Part shown: positions 45,346 through 54,575 of the stretch, piece by piece
Position numbering within the stretch: position 1 is the first letter of the stretch
Layout of the letters: every line of letters begins with the position of its first letter
Assembly (NCBI GenBank): GCA_041158765.1
Contig: JBEBAU010000018.1
Location: 2,557 to 66,556, forward strand
Direction: 5' to 3'
DNA length: 64,000 bases
From: Candidatus Parcubacteria bacterium
GTDB lineage: Bacteria; Patescibacteriota; Minisyncoccia; Phycocordibacterales; PALSA-1337
Notes under the pieces: generated by a model
The model's input: only the letters and a program-made list of their open reading frames with translations
What the model was told of the DNA's origin: nothing
Databases searched by the model: none
Translations under genes and position numbers: made by a program

Positions 45346-47532
45346 ATGGCTGCTGAAAAAGAATCCAAAAAGAAAGACGATTACGGTGCTGATAGTATTC
45401 AGGTGCTCGAAGGGCTTGAACCGGTACGCAAGCGTCCCGGAATGTATATCGGTACGACTGGTCCAGACGGTCTTCACCATTTGATTTGGGAAATTTTTGA
45501 TAACTCTCGCGACGAAGCGATGGGTGGTTTTGCTAATGATATCGAAGTAGCTATTCTTCCAGGTAATCGTATTCGTGTAGTTGATAACGGTCGAGGTATT
45601 CCCGTTGATATTCACAAGAAGACCAAGGTCTCAGCACTTGAAATGGTTATGACCGTTCTCCATGCCGGAGGCAAATTCGGCGGTGAGGATAGCGGTTACA
45701 AGGTCTCAGGAGGTCTTCACGGAGTGGGTGCATCCGTTGTGAATGCACTTTCAGTCTATACACAAGTTCTTGTTCACAAAGAGGGTGGACTCTATATGCA
45801 GGAATATGAGCAAGGTAAGCGCCGTGCTCAAGTGAAGAAGATCGCTTCAACAAAAGCTCACGGAACCATTGTGACATTCGAGCCAGATCCTATTATTTTC
45901 AAAGAGGGTGTTATCTTCGATTTCAATCGTGTGGTCAATCATATGCGCCAGCAAGCATATCTTGTACGCGGTCTACGTATTGGTGTTATTGATGCGCGTG
46001 AAGCAAAAGAGGGGGTTTTCAGCAAACCAAACAAAGACGGTCGTGTAGATCTCGATACTGACATTTATTATCTTCGTGATCTTGGACTCAATGTTCCTTC
46101 ACATACGTTTTATTTTGAAGGTGGTCTCGCTTCACTTGTGAAATTCAACAATCAGATTCTCAAGCCTATTCACAAAAACATTTTCTATATTGAAAAGAAA
46201 GTAGAGGGTGTTGAATCTGTCGAAGTAGCACTTCAGTACGCAGATGATATTTCATCTCGTATTCTTGGATTTGCAAACAATATCTATAACCCAGAAGGAG
46301 GAACACATATTACCGGTTTCAAGACAGCACTCACTCGAACACTCAATTCATACGCCAAGAAGAATAATCTTGCTAAGGACGGTGAAGACAATTTCACTGG
46401 AGATGATGTTCTAGAAGGTCTCACTGCTGTTGTCTCTGTGAAGCTTCGTGAAATTCAATTCGAAGGTCAGACGAAGGCAAAGCTCGGTTCAGTCGAGGCA
46501 CAGTCTGCTGTTGCTACGGTTTTTGGAGAAGCATTCTCGGCTTTCCTAGAAGAGAATCCAGATGATGCCAAAGCAATGATTAGCAAGGTTATCCTTGCAA
46601 TGAAAGCACGCAAGGCAGCAAAAGCCGCAAAGGACTCAGTGCTTCGCAAGGGCGCACTTGAAGGCATGACACTTCCTGGTAAGCTTGCTGACTGTCAATC
46701 AAATGACGCTTCTGAATCAGAACTCTTCATTGTGGAGGGAGACTCTGCGGGAGGTACTGCAAAGACCGGTCGTGATCGACGAATTCAAGCGATCTTGCCG
46801 CTTCGAGGCAAAATTCTCAACATCGAACGTGCTCGACTTGATCGAATGCTCGGTTCTGAACAGATTAAGAATCTCGTGCTCGCATTCGGTACTGCAATTG
46901 GAGACACATTTGATATTAGTAAGCTCCGATATCACAAAATTATTCTAGCAACAGATGCCGACGTTGACGGAGCTCACATTCGCACATTGATTCTTACGCT
47001 TTTGTACCGATATTTCAAACCGCTTATTGAAGGAGGGTATGTATACATTGCTCAACCACCACTTTATAAGGTGAAGCGAGGCAAAGAGCTCCTCTATTAT
47101 TATTCTGAAGAAGAGAAGGTGAAAGCCCTCGGAAAGGAGATTGATAGCCTAAATGATATTTCAGGTATAGATGAAAGCGCAGTTGCGTACGATGATTCAC
47201 GCGAGCGCCTCCTCGATCGTGCTGGTGCCGACACTACTGTGGAGGCGCTCGACGGCGCTTCTGACACACTCTTTGGTGATGCGGCGACCGATGCGAAGGG
47301 TAAGAAGGGCAGCGGTAAGATTTCAATTCAACGATACAAGGGTCTCGGAGAAATGAATGCTGATGAGCTCTGGGAAACAACCATGGATCCAGAACGTCGC
47401 ATCCTTCGCCAAGTTACAATTGAAGATGCTCAGGATGCGGATAAGGTTTTTGATATGCTCATGGGAACTGACGTTCCTGCCCGCAAAATGTTCATCCAAT
47501 CTAATGCCAAGAAGGCATCTATTGATATCTAA
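45346..47532 (+). CDS. gyrB: DNA gyrase subunit B
   Basis: GHKL ATPase (EGLEPVRKRPGMYIGTT, HAGGKFGG), transducer and Toprim (LFIVEGDSAGG) domains and a GyrB C-terminus. Confidence 0.9.
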   Translation: MAAEKESKKKDDYGADSIQVLEGLEPVRKRPGMYIGTTGPDGLHHLIWEIFDNSRDEAMGGFANDIEVAILPGNRIRVVDNGRGIPVDIHKKTKVSALEMVMTVLHAGGKFGGEDSGYKVSGGLHGVGASVVNALSVYTQVLVHKEGGLYMQEYEQGKRRAQVKKIASTKAHGTIVTFEPDPIIFKEGVIFDFNRVVNHMRQQAYLVRGLRIGVIDAREAKEGVFSKPNKDGRVDLDTDIYYLRDLGLNVPSHTFYFEGGLASLVKFNNQILKPIHKNIFYIEKKVEGVESVEVALQYADDISSRILGFANNIYNPEGGTHITGFKTALTRTLNSYAKKNNLAKDGEDNFTGDDVLEGLTAVVSVKLREIQFEGQTKAKLGSVEAQSAVATVFGEAFSAFLEENPDDAKAMISKVILAMKARKAAKAAKDSVLRKGALEGMTLPGKLADCQSNDASESELFIVEGDSAGGTAKTGRDRRIQAILPLRGKILNIERARLDRMLGSEQIKNLVLAFGTAIGDTFDISKLRYHKIILATDADVDGAHIRTLILTLLYRYFKPLIEGGYVYIAQPPLYKVKRGKELLYYYSEEEKVKALGKEIDSLNDISGIDESAVAYDDSRERLLDRAGADTTVEALDGASDTLFGDAATDAKGKKGSGKISIQRYKGLGEMNADELWETTMDPERRILRQVTIEDAQDADKVFDMLMGTDVPARKMFIQSNAKKASIDI

Positions 47533-47565
47533 TTAGCAAGAATCCCCGCAGTGCAACTTAGAGAG

Positions 47566-47600
47566 GTATTTACGGCTCTATTGAGCCGTATTTGCATAAA
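47566..47600 (+). terminator. Terminator hairpin acggctc tatt gagccgt + tttgcataaaaaa; 16-nt core repeated in inverted orientation at 61906-61921
   Basis: Seen in sequence after gyrB. Confidence 0.45.
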
Positions 47601-47645
47601 AAACCGAGTATCCTGGCTTTGTAAGGGTATTCCACTCGAGACCCC

Positions 47646-47674
47646 TTGACTTTTTCCGAGATATGATATACAAT
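47646..47674 (+). promoter_or_regulatory. Near-consensus sigma-70 promoter TTGACT-17-TACAAT
   Basis: Seen in sequence 27 nt upstream of ATG 47701. Confidence 0.55.
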
Positions 47675-47700
47675 GGTCCCATACTATTTATTCAAAAAAC

Positions 47701-49134
47701 ATGCATTATTCAACCACAAAAACCAATATCGTGAAGTACCTTGCGGTGGCCGCTTTTGTGGCTATAGCAGGTTTCTCTCTATTTTCACCAGCAAAAGCTC
47801 AAGCGGGATTTGATCCTGTTCAGCTTATTGACCCATTCTGTCTTTGGAGTGGTTGTGGTGATGAACCTACTAAGGTAGTTAAGAAAACTATCATCAATAG
47901 TAACGTTAATAGCCCAGGTGGCGTAGTTACTGGTAACACAGCAGTTACTGGCGGACATACAACTACCGGTACTCCAGTAGTTGTTACTACTACTCCAGTT
48001 TATACCTATAACTATCCTTCAACTTCATATACAAGTCCGCTTAATGCTACTTGTTATGCATCTCCTACGTCTGTGTATGTTGGCGGTACTTCTGTGTGGA
48101 GCGTTTCTGCTTACGGAGGTAACGGCGCATATTACTATAGCTGGTCAGGTACTGACGGTCTTTCAGGAAATGGTCGAAGCATATACATGACCTACAATAA
48201 TACTGGTACCAAAAATGCGACAGTCACTGTCACATCAGGTAATCAGACTATTTCAATTAACTGTAATGCTTCTGTAATCGTATATGATAATGGAAATAAT
48301 TATAACTATAACAATGGCTATAATTACAACTATAATTCTAACTATTACAATAACGGTTATTACAATACTCCGCTTACCGTTTCATGTGTTGCGAATACTT
48401 CATTCGCTCCAGTTGGACGACTCGTTCAGTGGACTGCGACAGCTTCTGGTGGTTATAACACCAATAGCTATGCTGGTAACTATTCGTATCGATGGACTGG
48501 TACTGACGGTATCAACGGCAGCGGTCAAACTCTCGGCGTAAACTACGGCGGTCCTGGTACTAAGTACGCTTCAGTTACTGTATACATGGGCGGACAATCA
48601 GTTACTCAGAATTGTTCAGGAAGCGTTACTGTTGGTATCGAAAATAACCAGAACTACAACAACTACAATAATGGAAATCTCGAAATCGCATGTTTTGCTG
48701 ATGCAGATCGTGTACGTATCGGAACTCCAGTAACTTGGGGCGTTGAAGCAACTGGTGGAAACGGATCAAACTATGCATATTCATGGACAGGTTCTGAAGG
48801 TCTCTCTGGTTCTCAGCGTTCAGCTGTGACCACATACAGTACTGCTGGCATCAAGAATGCTACAGTTACAGTGACTTCAGGTGGTGTTTCAGCATCAAAG
48901 CTCTGTGGTAATGCTGTAACCGTTGTTACTGCTCCACGAGCGAATACCACAACTACAAATGGTAATCAGAATACCAATGCAACATCAAGTGATAATAGCT
49001 CACTCACAGGTTCAGCCTTCTTCTCACTTTCAAATGTTCCTTGGGGCTGGGTTGCTATCCTCACCATTCTCGTTCTTCTCGCAATGGTTGTATACCTCAT
49101 CGTTACTCGAAACGAACCAGTTATCAAAGCATAA
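47701..49134 (+). CDS. Cell-surface protein with a signal peptide, three tandem ~95-aa repeats separated by Asn/Tyr-rich low-complexity linkers, and a C-terminal TM anchor
   Basis: Repeats share C.A.P.SV.VGG...W.V.A.GG...Y.YSW.GTDG..G.G......Y...G.K.ATVTVTSG......C; linkers NGNNYNYNNGYNYNYNSNYYNNGYYN and NNQNYNNYNNGN; C-terminal WVAILTILVLLAMVVYLIV. Confidence 0.55.
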   Translation: MHYSTTKTNIVKYLAVAAFVAIAGFSLFSPAKAQAGFDPVQLIDPFCLWSGCGDEPTKVVKKTIINSNVNSPGGVVTGNTAVTGGHTTTGTPVVVTTTPVYTYNYPSTSYTSPLNATCYASPTSVYVGGTSVWSVSAYGGNGAYYYSWSGTDGLSGNGRSIYMTYNNTGTKNATVTVTSGNQTISINCNASVIVYDNGNNYNYNNGYNYNYNSNYYNNGYYNTPLTVSCVANTSFAPVGRLVQWTATASGGYNTNSYAGNYSYRWTGTDGINGSGQTLGVNYGGPGTKYASVTVYMGGQSVTQNCSGSVTVGIENNQNYNNYNNGNLEIACFADADRVRIGTPVTWGVEATGGNGSNYAYSWTGSEGLSGSQRSAVTTYSTAGIKNATVTVTSGGVSASKLCGNAVTVVTAPRANTTTTNGNQNTNATSSDNSSLTGSAFFSLSNVPWGWVAILTILVLLAMVVYLIVTRNEPVIKA

Positions 49135-49167
49135 TTGAAATATACGGCACCTATTGCCGAATATGAA

Positions 49168-49198
49168 AACAAAAACCGTCCCTATATGGGGCGGTTTT
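49168..49198 (+). terminator. Intrinsic terminator (aaaccgtccc tatat ggggcggttttt)
   Basis: Stem with one G-U pair followed by TTTTT. Confidence 0.6.
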
Positions 49199-49230
49199 TG
49201 TTATACTAGACATATAGATACGATTTATTC

Positions 49231-49971
49231 ATGAAAGAATTATTGCAACAATCAGAAGCGGGCAAGCTACATCACGCATATTGTCTCTTGCATTCAGGGG
49301 ATGCAATAGGAATGTGTGAAAGACTCACGGCTTTTTTTGTGGAGGGTCTCGGTGTTGCTGTCGTTGCAAATCCTGATTTTCACCATATTGAAGTTGATTC
49401 ATTTTCAATTGATGATAGTAGAAAGGTGAAAATGATTCATACGTCGAAGCCAATGACTGAAGATGGCAAGAAGATCTTTTTGATACAAGCAAATGGGATT
49501 ACGAATGAAGCTCAAAATGCTTTGCTCAAAATCTTCGAAGAACCGCAGGAACACATTCATTTTTTTGTTGTTGTTCCTGCGGGCACACTCCTGTTGCCGA
49601 CATTACGTTCGAGAATGATGGTTATTGAGGGCGGTGATGCGGAGGAAGTCGCTGGGGTTAGTGGCGTCGGTGGCGCTGGTCGAGCTGCTGGGGTTAATGG
49701 CGCCACCGAAGCAACAGCATTTTTGGAAATGCCAATCAAACAACGTATTGCTTTTGTTGATGATATTGCAGCGAGAGTAAGTGATGAAAAATCAGTAAAA
49801 CAAGACGCTGTGAACTTCCTGAATGGACTTGAAAGGGCTCTTGCGAAGCGCGATATACGCTCACAAAAAACTCGCACAGCACTCGACGCGGTAGTGCGCG
49901 CGCGAGAATACGCGCGCGATAGATCACCGTCATTGAAGCAGCTCCTTGAATATGTTGCTCTCTCAGTATAA
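49231..49971 (+). CDS. holB: DNA polymerase III delta-prime (HolB-like) clamp-loader subunit with a Gly/Ala-rich insertion
   Basis: HAYCLLHSGD, ALLKIFEEPQEHIHFFVVVP, LPTLRSRMMVI motifs of clamp-loader delta-prime; GC-rich insertion GGDAEEVAGVSGVGGAGRAAGVNGATEA. Confidence 0.6.
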   Translation: MKELLQQSEAGKLHHAYCLLHSGDAIGMCERLTAFFVEGLGVAVVANPDFHHIEVDSFSIDDSRKVKMIHTSKPMTEDGKKIFLIQANGITNEAQNALLKIFEEPQEHIHFFVVVPAGTLLLPTLRSRMMVIEGGDAEEVAGVSGVGGAGRAAGVNGATEATAFLEMPIKQRIAFVDDIAARVSDEKSVKQDAVNFLNGLERALAKRDIRSQKTRTALDAVVRAREYARDRSPSLKQLLEYVALSV

Positions 49972-49983
49972 AATAGAGTATCT

Positions 49984-50535
49984 ATGGCATATGACTTTTC
50001 AAAATTAAAAAAGAGCATTGGCGGAGCAGAAGAATGGCTCAAGAAGGAGTTTTCTGGTATTCGAACAGGACAGGCATCCCCAGCACTTCTTGATGGAGTG
50101 AAGGTAGAGAGCTACGGTGCACAGCTTCCAATATCACAGGTTGCTGGTGTAACCACAGAAGGTCCTCGCACTATTCGTATTGTTCCGTGGGATGTATCTC
50201 AGATGAAGGACATTGAGAAGGCTATTACTGTTGCCAATCTCGGTGTTTCTGTTGGTACGGATGACAAAGGCCTCCGTGTGAATTTCCCCGAACTTACTTC
50301 AGAACGACGTACAGTTATTACTAAGCTTGCAAAAGAGAAGCTCGAAGAAGCGAAGAAGCAGATACGTAATCACCGCGATGATTTCATGAAAGACTTGCAA
50401 GCAAAAGAAAAAGAGGGAGGTCTCGGCAAAGACGATGTATTCCGTTACAAGGGTGATGGTCAGAAAATGGTTGATGCAGCGAACAAAGCGCTCGACGACG
50501 CTTTCGCAAAAAAGGAGAAAGAAATTCTAAGCTAA
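49984..50535 (+). CDS. frr: Ribosome recycling factor
   Basis: Canonical RRF (GIRTGQASPALLDGVKVESYG...LTSERRTVITKLAKEKLEEAKKQIRNHR). Confidence 0.9.
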   Translation: MAYDFSKLKKSIGGAEEWLKKEFSGIRTGQASPALLDGVKVESYGAQLPISQVAGVTTEGPRTIRIVPWDVSQMKDIEKAITVANLGVSVGTDDKGLRVNFPELTSERRTVITKLAKEKLEEAKKQIRNHRDDFMKDLQAKEKEGGLGKDDVFRYKGDGQKMVDAANKALDDAFAKKEKEILS

Positions 50536-50538
50536 TAT

Positions 50539-51678
50539 TTGATGACCGTTATTATATTTTTGATAGTTCTCGCAGTGCTCATATTTGTGCATGAGCTCGG
50601 GCATTTTCTTGCAGCGCGATTCTTCGGTATTCGTGTTGATGCTTTTGCTATTGGATTTGGTCCAAAGATCTTTTCAAAAAAAGTCATATCAAAAAAGCAC
50701 GGTGAAACAACATACGCTCTCAATCTCATTCCATTTGGTGGCTATGTGAAGATTTTTGGTGAAAGCCCGGATGCTGATTCTATGAATGGCCCAGATGCAA
50801 ATCGTAGTTTTATTAACAAGTCTCGTTTTGCGCAAGCCATCGTGCTTATTGCTGGAGTGGTTTTCAACTTTGTATTCGCTTGGATACTTTTCACCGGACT
50901 TTTTATGGTTGGTTTCCCAGCATCTACCGAAAGCTATCCGCAGTACAAGGACAGAATCCATGATGATCGAACCGTAATCGTTGCACTCGATGCTATGTCT
51001 CCTGCAGTAATTGCTGGTCTCAAGGAAGGAGATATTCTTACTGATAGTTCAGGTAATCTCATCACCATGAGCACATTTCAGAAGAGTATTGCAGAAAGTG
51101 CTGGAAAGCCTGTGGTTATTTCATATAAACGTGCATACAATAATGCTATTGCAATAACACCAGTTCAATCAGCAACAGTAACTCCAGTAACTGGCATTAT
51201 TCCAAGTGATCCACAGAAGTATGCTATTGGTGTAGGGCTTTCTCAGGCGGGTACGCTCGAACTTCCGATACATCTCGCTGTTCTAGAAGCAGGGCGATAT
51301 GTTGTGCATATCATAGAGCAGACAGTTATCGGTCTGTACACCCTTATCGTCACTTCATTGCAGGGTAAGGGCTCACTCTCTGACGTAACAGGTCCTATCG
51401 GCATTGCAGGGCTTGTGGGAGATGCGGCGAAGCTCGGTGCAATATACCTCATTGCTTTCACTGCATTAATCTCTATCAATCTCGGTGTAATCAATCTCAT
51501 ACCATTCCCAGCACTTGATGGGGGACGACTTCTCTTCGTTGTGATTGAATCTATCACTCGCCGCCGAATCAAGCCTTCGGTTACGAATACCGTGAATACT
51601 ATTGGTTTCAGCCTTCTTATCCTACTCATGATCGTGATCACATTTCATGATATTGCTATCAAATGGTTTGTGAAATAG
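50539..51678 (+). CDS. rseP: RIP metalloprotease RseP (site-2 protease, M50 family)
   Basis: HELGHFLAARFFGI HExxH in TM1, PDZ region, C-terminal LDGG motif (PALDGGRLLF). Confidence 0.8.
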   Translation: MMTVIIFLIVLAVLIFVHELGHFLAARFFGIRVDAFAIGFGPKIFSKKVISKKHGETTYALNLIPFGGYVKIFGESPDADSMNGPDANRSFINKSRFAQAIVLIAGVVFNFVFAWILFTGLFMVGFPASTESYPQYKDRIHDDRTVIVALDAMSPAVIAGLKEGDILTDSSGNLITMSTFQKSIAESAGKPVVISYKRAYNNAIAITPVQSATVTPVTGIIPSDPQKYAIGVGLSQAGTLELPIHLAVLEAGRYVVHIIEQTVIGLYTLIVTSLQGKGSLSDVTGPIGIAGLVGDAAKLGAIYLIAFTALISINLGVINLIPFPALDGGRLLFVVIESITRRRIKPSVTNTVNTIGFSLLILLMIVITFHDIAIKWFVK

Positions 51679-51688
51679 AATAAATCAT

Positions 51689-52969
51689 ATGCGACAAACA
51701 ACCCTCTTCACCAAAACCCGCAAAGAAGCTCCAAAAGATGAAGTTTCAAAAAATGCTGACTTATTGATTCGAGCAGGCTTCATTCACAAAGAAATGGCCG
51801 GCGTCTATTCGTATTTGCCACTCGGTCTTCGAGTTCTTAATAAAATCTGCGATATTATCCGAGAGGAAATGGGTGCTATTGGCGCTCAAGAGCTTCATCT
51901 TACTGCACTTCAGGATAAGAAGGTTTGGGAAACAAGCGGCCGCTGGGATGATGCTGTTGTTGATAATTGGTTCAAAACAAAGCTCAAGAATGATACCGAA
52001 CTCGGTCTCGGTTTCACTCATGAAGAGCAACTTACGAATCTCATGAAAGATTATATTCGTTCAGTGCATGATTTGCCGGTGTATGCGTATCAAATACAGA
52101 CGAAGTTCCGCAATGAAACTCGAGCCAAGTCTGGCATTATGCGTGGACGAGAGTTTTTGATGAAAGACATGTACTCTTTCTCGAAAGATGTTGCTTCACA
52201 CGAGGCTTTTTATGAAAAATCAAAAGGCGCATACAAGCGTGTGTATGAGCGAATTGGTCTAGGTGATAAAACATTCATTACCACTGCGCTTGGTGGTTCA
52301 TTTTCAAAATTCTCACACGAATTTCAAACAGTTACTGACGCTGGAGAAGACCTTATCTATGTTCATGAAGGCAAAGGTATTGCGGTGAACAAGGAGGTGC
52401 TTGATGATGCTACTGCTGCACAATCTATTCTCGCAGAGCTCGGTATTGCTCGTGAAGAGTTGGTTGAGAAAAAGGCGATAGAGGTTGGAAATATTTTTCC
52501 ACTCGGTACACGATTCTCAGATGCATTCGAACTCAACTATCAAGATACTGATGGCACCAAAAAGCCGGTGGTCATGGGTTCATATGGTATCGGTCCAAGT
52601 CGTCTTATTGGAACAATTGCAGAGGTGCTTTCTGATGCGAATGGTCTTGTGTGGCCGAAGGAAGTAGCACCATTTCAAGCGCATCTCATTGTACTTCATG
52701 ACAAAGACGGCAAGGAGGGTAAGGTGGCAAAAGCTGCAGATGCGCTCTACGATAAGCTCACTCAAGCAGGTATTGAGGCTCTTTATGATGATCGTGATGC
52801 CAAGACTCGCGCTGGAGAAAAGTTCGCCGACAGTGATCTTATCGGTATTCCAATTCGTATTATTATGAGTGAAAAGACTCTCGCGGAAGATATGGTAGAA
52901 GTGAAGATTCGTGCTACAGGAGAAGTTCGCAAGGTGCCAAGTTGTGATGTGCTCGCTTTGTTCGTATAG
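51689..52969 (+). CDS. proS: Prolyl-tRNA synthetase (short type without an editing insertion)
   Basis: Class II motifs; LIRAGFIHKEMAGVYSYLPLGLRVL, FRNETRAKSGIMRGREFLMKDMYSF; C-terminal anticodon-binding domain. Confidence 0.85.
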   Translation: MRQTTLFTKTRKEAPKDEVSKNADLLIRAGFIHKEMAGVYSYLPLGLRVLNKICDIIREEMGAIGAQELHLTALQDKKVWETSGRWDDAVVDNWFKTKLKNDTELGLGFTHEEQLTNLMKDYIRSVHDLPVYAYQIQTKFRNETRAKSGIMRGREFLMKDMYSFSKDVASHEAFYEKSKGAYKRVYERIGLGDKTFITTALGGSFSKFSHEFQTVTDAGEDLIYVHEGKGIAVNKEVLDDATAAQSILAELGIAREELVEKKAIEVGNIFPLGTRFSDAFELNYQDTDGTKKPVVMGSYGIGPSRLIGTIAEVLSDANGLVWPKEVAPFQAHLIVLHDKDGKEGKVAKAADALYDKLTQAGIEALYDDRDAKTRAGEKFADSDLIGIPIRIIMSEKTLAEDMVEVKIRATGEVRKVPSCDVLALFV

Positions 52970-52985
52970 GTTTTTTCACAAAAAA

Positions 52986-54014
52986 ATGAAAATAGTATTT
53001 TTTGAAACAAATGACTCTGACAAGGAATACCTCAAAAAAGGTTTGACTGGAAGTGGTGCAGTTCTTTCTTTCATTCCCGAAATCCTTACGCTTGATAGTT
53101 GTAAAGATGTAGCAGATGCTGAAATTATTTCGGTTTTTGTGAATTCTCTTGTTACAAAAGAGATTATTGATGCTTTGCCGCAATTGAAACTCATCACAAC
53201 TCGCTCAACTGGCTTCGATCATATCGATGTTGCATATGCCAAATCAAAGGGCATTGTCGTTTCAGCAGTTCCTGCGTATGGCTCACGCACTGTTGCTGAA
53301 TTTGCTTTCACATTGATTCTTGCACTTTCACGCAAACTCATTCCTTCATACTCTGGATTGAGAATGAATAATAGTTTCGATATGTCGAGTCTCGAAGGAT
53401 TTGATCTTGCAGGGAAGACGATTGGTGTTGTTGGTACAGGGAAGATTGGCAAGAATGCAATACGTATTGCTCGGGGTTTCGACATGAATGTGCTCGCATA
53501 TGATATGTTTCCTGATCAGGCTTTTGCGCAACAGAATTCTGTTACTTATGTTGATCTTGCCGAGCTTCTCGCAAAATCAGATATCGTAACTCTACATGCT
53601 CCATATACCAAGGTCACACATCATCTCATCAATAAACAGAATGTGAAAAGTATGAAAAAAGGTGCACTCCTTGTGAATACCGCCCGAGGAGAATTGATTG
53701 AAACGGACGCGCTCGTATGGGCACTCAATGAAGGTATTATTGCGGGTGCAGGTCTTGATGTTCTTGAAGGAGAACGATATATGAAAAATGAGATGAAAAA
53801 TCTCGCAAATGATATCGTTGAGCCAATGGAAGATGCTCAAGGAATGAAAATTATTGCTGAAAACGAAGCACTCATTCATCATCCACGAGTGATTGTTACT
53901 CCGCACGTTGCGTTTTTTTCAAAAGAAGCAAAAGAAGAAATATTGAAAACTACGGTTGAAAATATTGCTGGTTTTTCAAAAGGTGCCGCTACAAATCTTG
54001 TGCAGATTTCATAA
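52986..54014 (+). CDS. D-isomer-specific 2-hydroxyacid dehydrogenase (D-lactate/hydroxyacid dehydrogenase family)
   Basis: NAD-binding GVVGTGKIGKNAIRIARGFDMNV and catalytic region NTARGELIETDAL...AGLDVLEGE...HPRVIVTPHVAF; start moved to ATG 52986 (MKIVFFE). Confidence 0.75.
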   Translation: MKIVFFETNDSDKEYLKKGLTGSGAVLSFIPEILTLDSCKDVADAEIISVFVNSLVTKEIIDALPQLKLITTRSTGFDHIDVAYAKSKGIVVSAVPAYGSRTVAEFAFTLILALSRKLIPSYSGLRMNNSFDMSSLEGFDLAGKTIGVVGTGKIGKNAIRIARGFDMNVLAYDMFPDQAFAQQNSVTYVDLAELLAKSDIVTLHAPYTKVTHHLINKQNVKSMKKGALLVNTARGELIETDALVWALNEGIIAGAGLDVLEGERYMKNEMKNLANDIVEPMEDAQGMKIIAENEALIHHPRVIVTPHVAFFSKEAKEEILKTTVENIAGFSKGAATNLVQIS

Positions 54015-54034
54015 AAAATAAAAAACCGCTTTGT

Positions 54035-54505
54035 TTATTGCGGTATTGTATGGGGTTGTGTTTGTTCAATGTGTCCACCCTCGTTTATGAATCGCTTGAA
54101 ATCAATTCGGCGCATACTTACCGTATTAGTGCAGTCAAATCGAGATTCTTGGTAGATGAGCGATGTATTGGGTTGAAAACAAATTGGCAACCTATCTGTC
54201 AGCACGCTGCATAAAAGCATCATAACAAAAGTGAAGCCCAAGAAGAGCCACTGTTTTGACTTGGGCTTTTTGTTGGTAAGGATATTGGACAGACTCCAAA
54301 TCATACAACCAATAATGCATAGCGCGGCAGCAAATGATACAAAAAAGGCCAGTAATGCCCACCAATTGGTCGAATTAAAACCAAGAAAAGTCGCATCAGA
54401 AACTTCGTGCAAGGGGAATGGGAATGATTGCATATGAGACAAGGTTGAGGGTTTTATTGATTGTGATAGGCCAAAAGGCCGAGCAATTTGTTTTTGATAG
54501 TACAT
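54035..54505 (-). CDS. Hypothetical membrane protein
   Basis: 156-aa ORF with several hydrophobic helices; no family recognised. Confidence 0.4.
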   Translation of the reverse strand: MYYQKQIARPFGLSQSIKPSTLSHMQSFPFPLHEVSDATFLGFNSTNWWALLAFFVSFAAALCIIGCMIWSLSNILTNKKPKSKQWLFLGFTFVMMLLCSVLTDRLPICFQPNTSLIYQESRFDCTNTVSMRRIDFKRFINEGGHIEQTQPHTIPQ

Positions 54506-54552
54506 GATTATTGAGGTATGTCAATGCTAGTCACACGGTATTTTGTTGTAGT

Positions 54553-54572
54553 ATTGCCGTATATACGGCAAT
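54553..54572. promoter_or_regulatory. Perfect 20-bp palindrome ATTGCCGTATATACGGCAAT ending 3 nt before the mreB start codon; candidate operator or RBS-occluding hairpin
   Basis: Seen in sequence; it is its own exact reverse complement. Confidence 0.3.
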
Positions 54573-54575
54573 TTT

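Noticed and set aside
48280-48700. Repetitive aat/tac-rich DNA inside the surface protein gene as a possible CRISPR array or microsatellite locus
   Set aside because: The repeats are irregular, in frame, and encode an Asn/Tyr-rich linker. There is no repeat-spacer periodicity and no cas genes.
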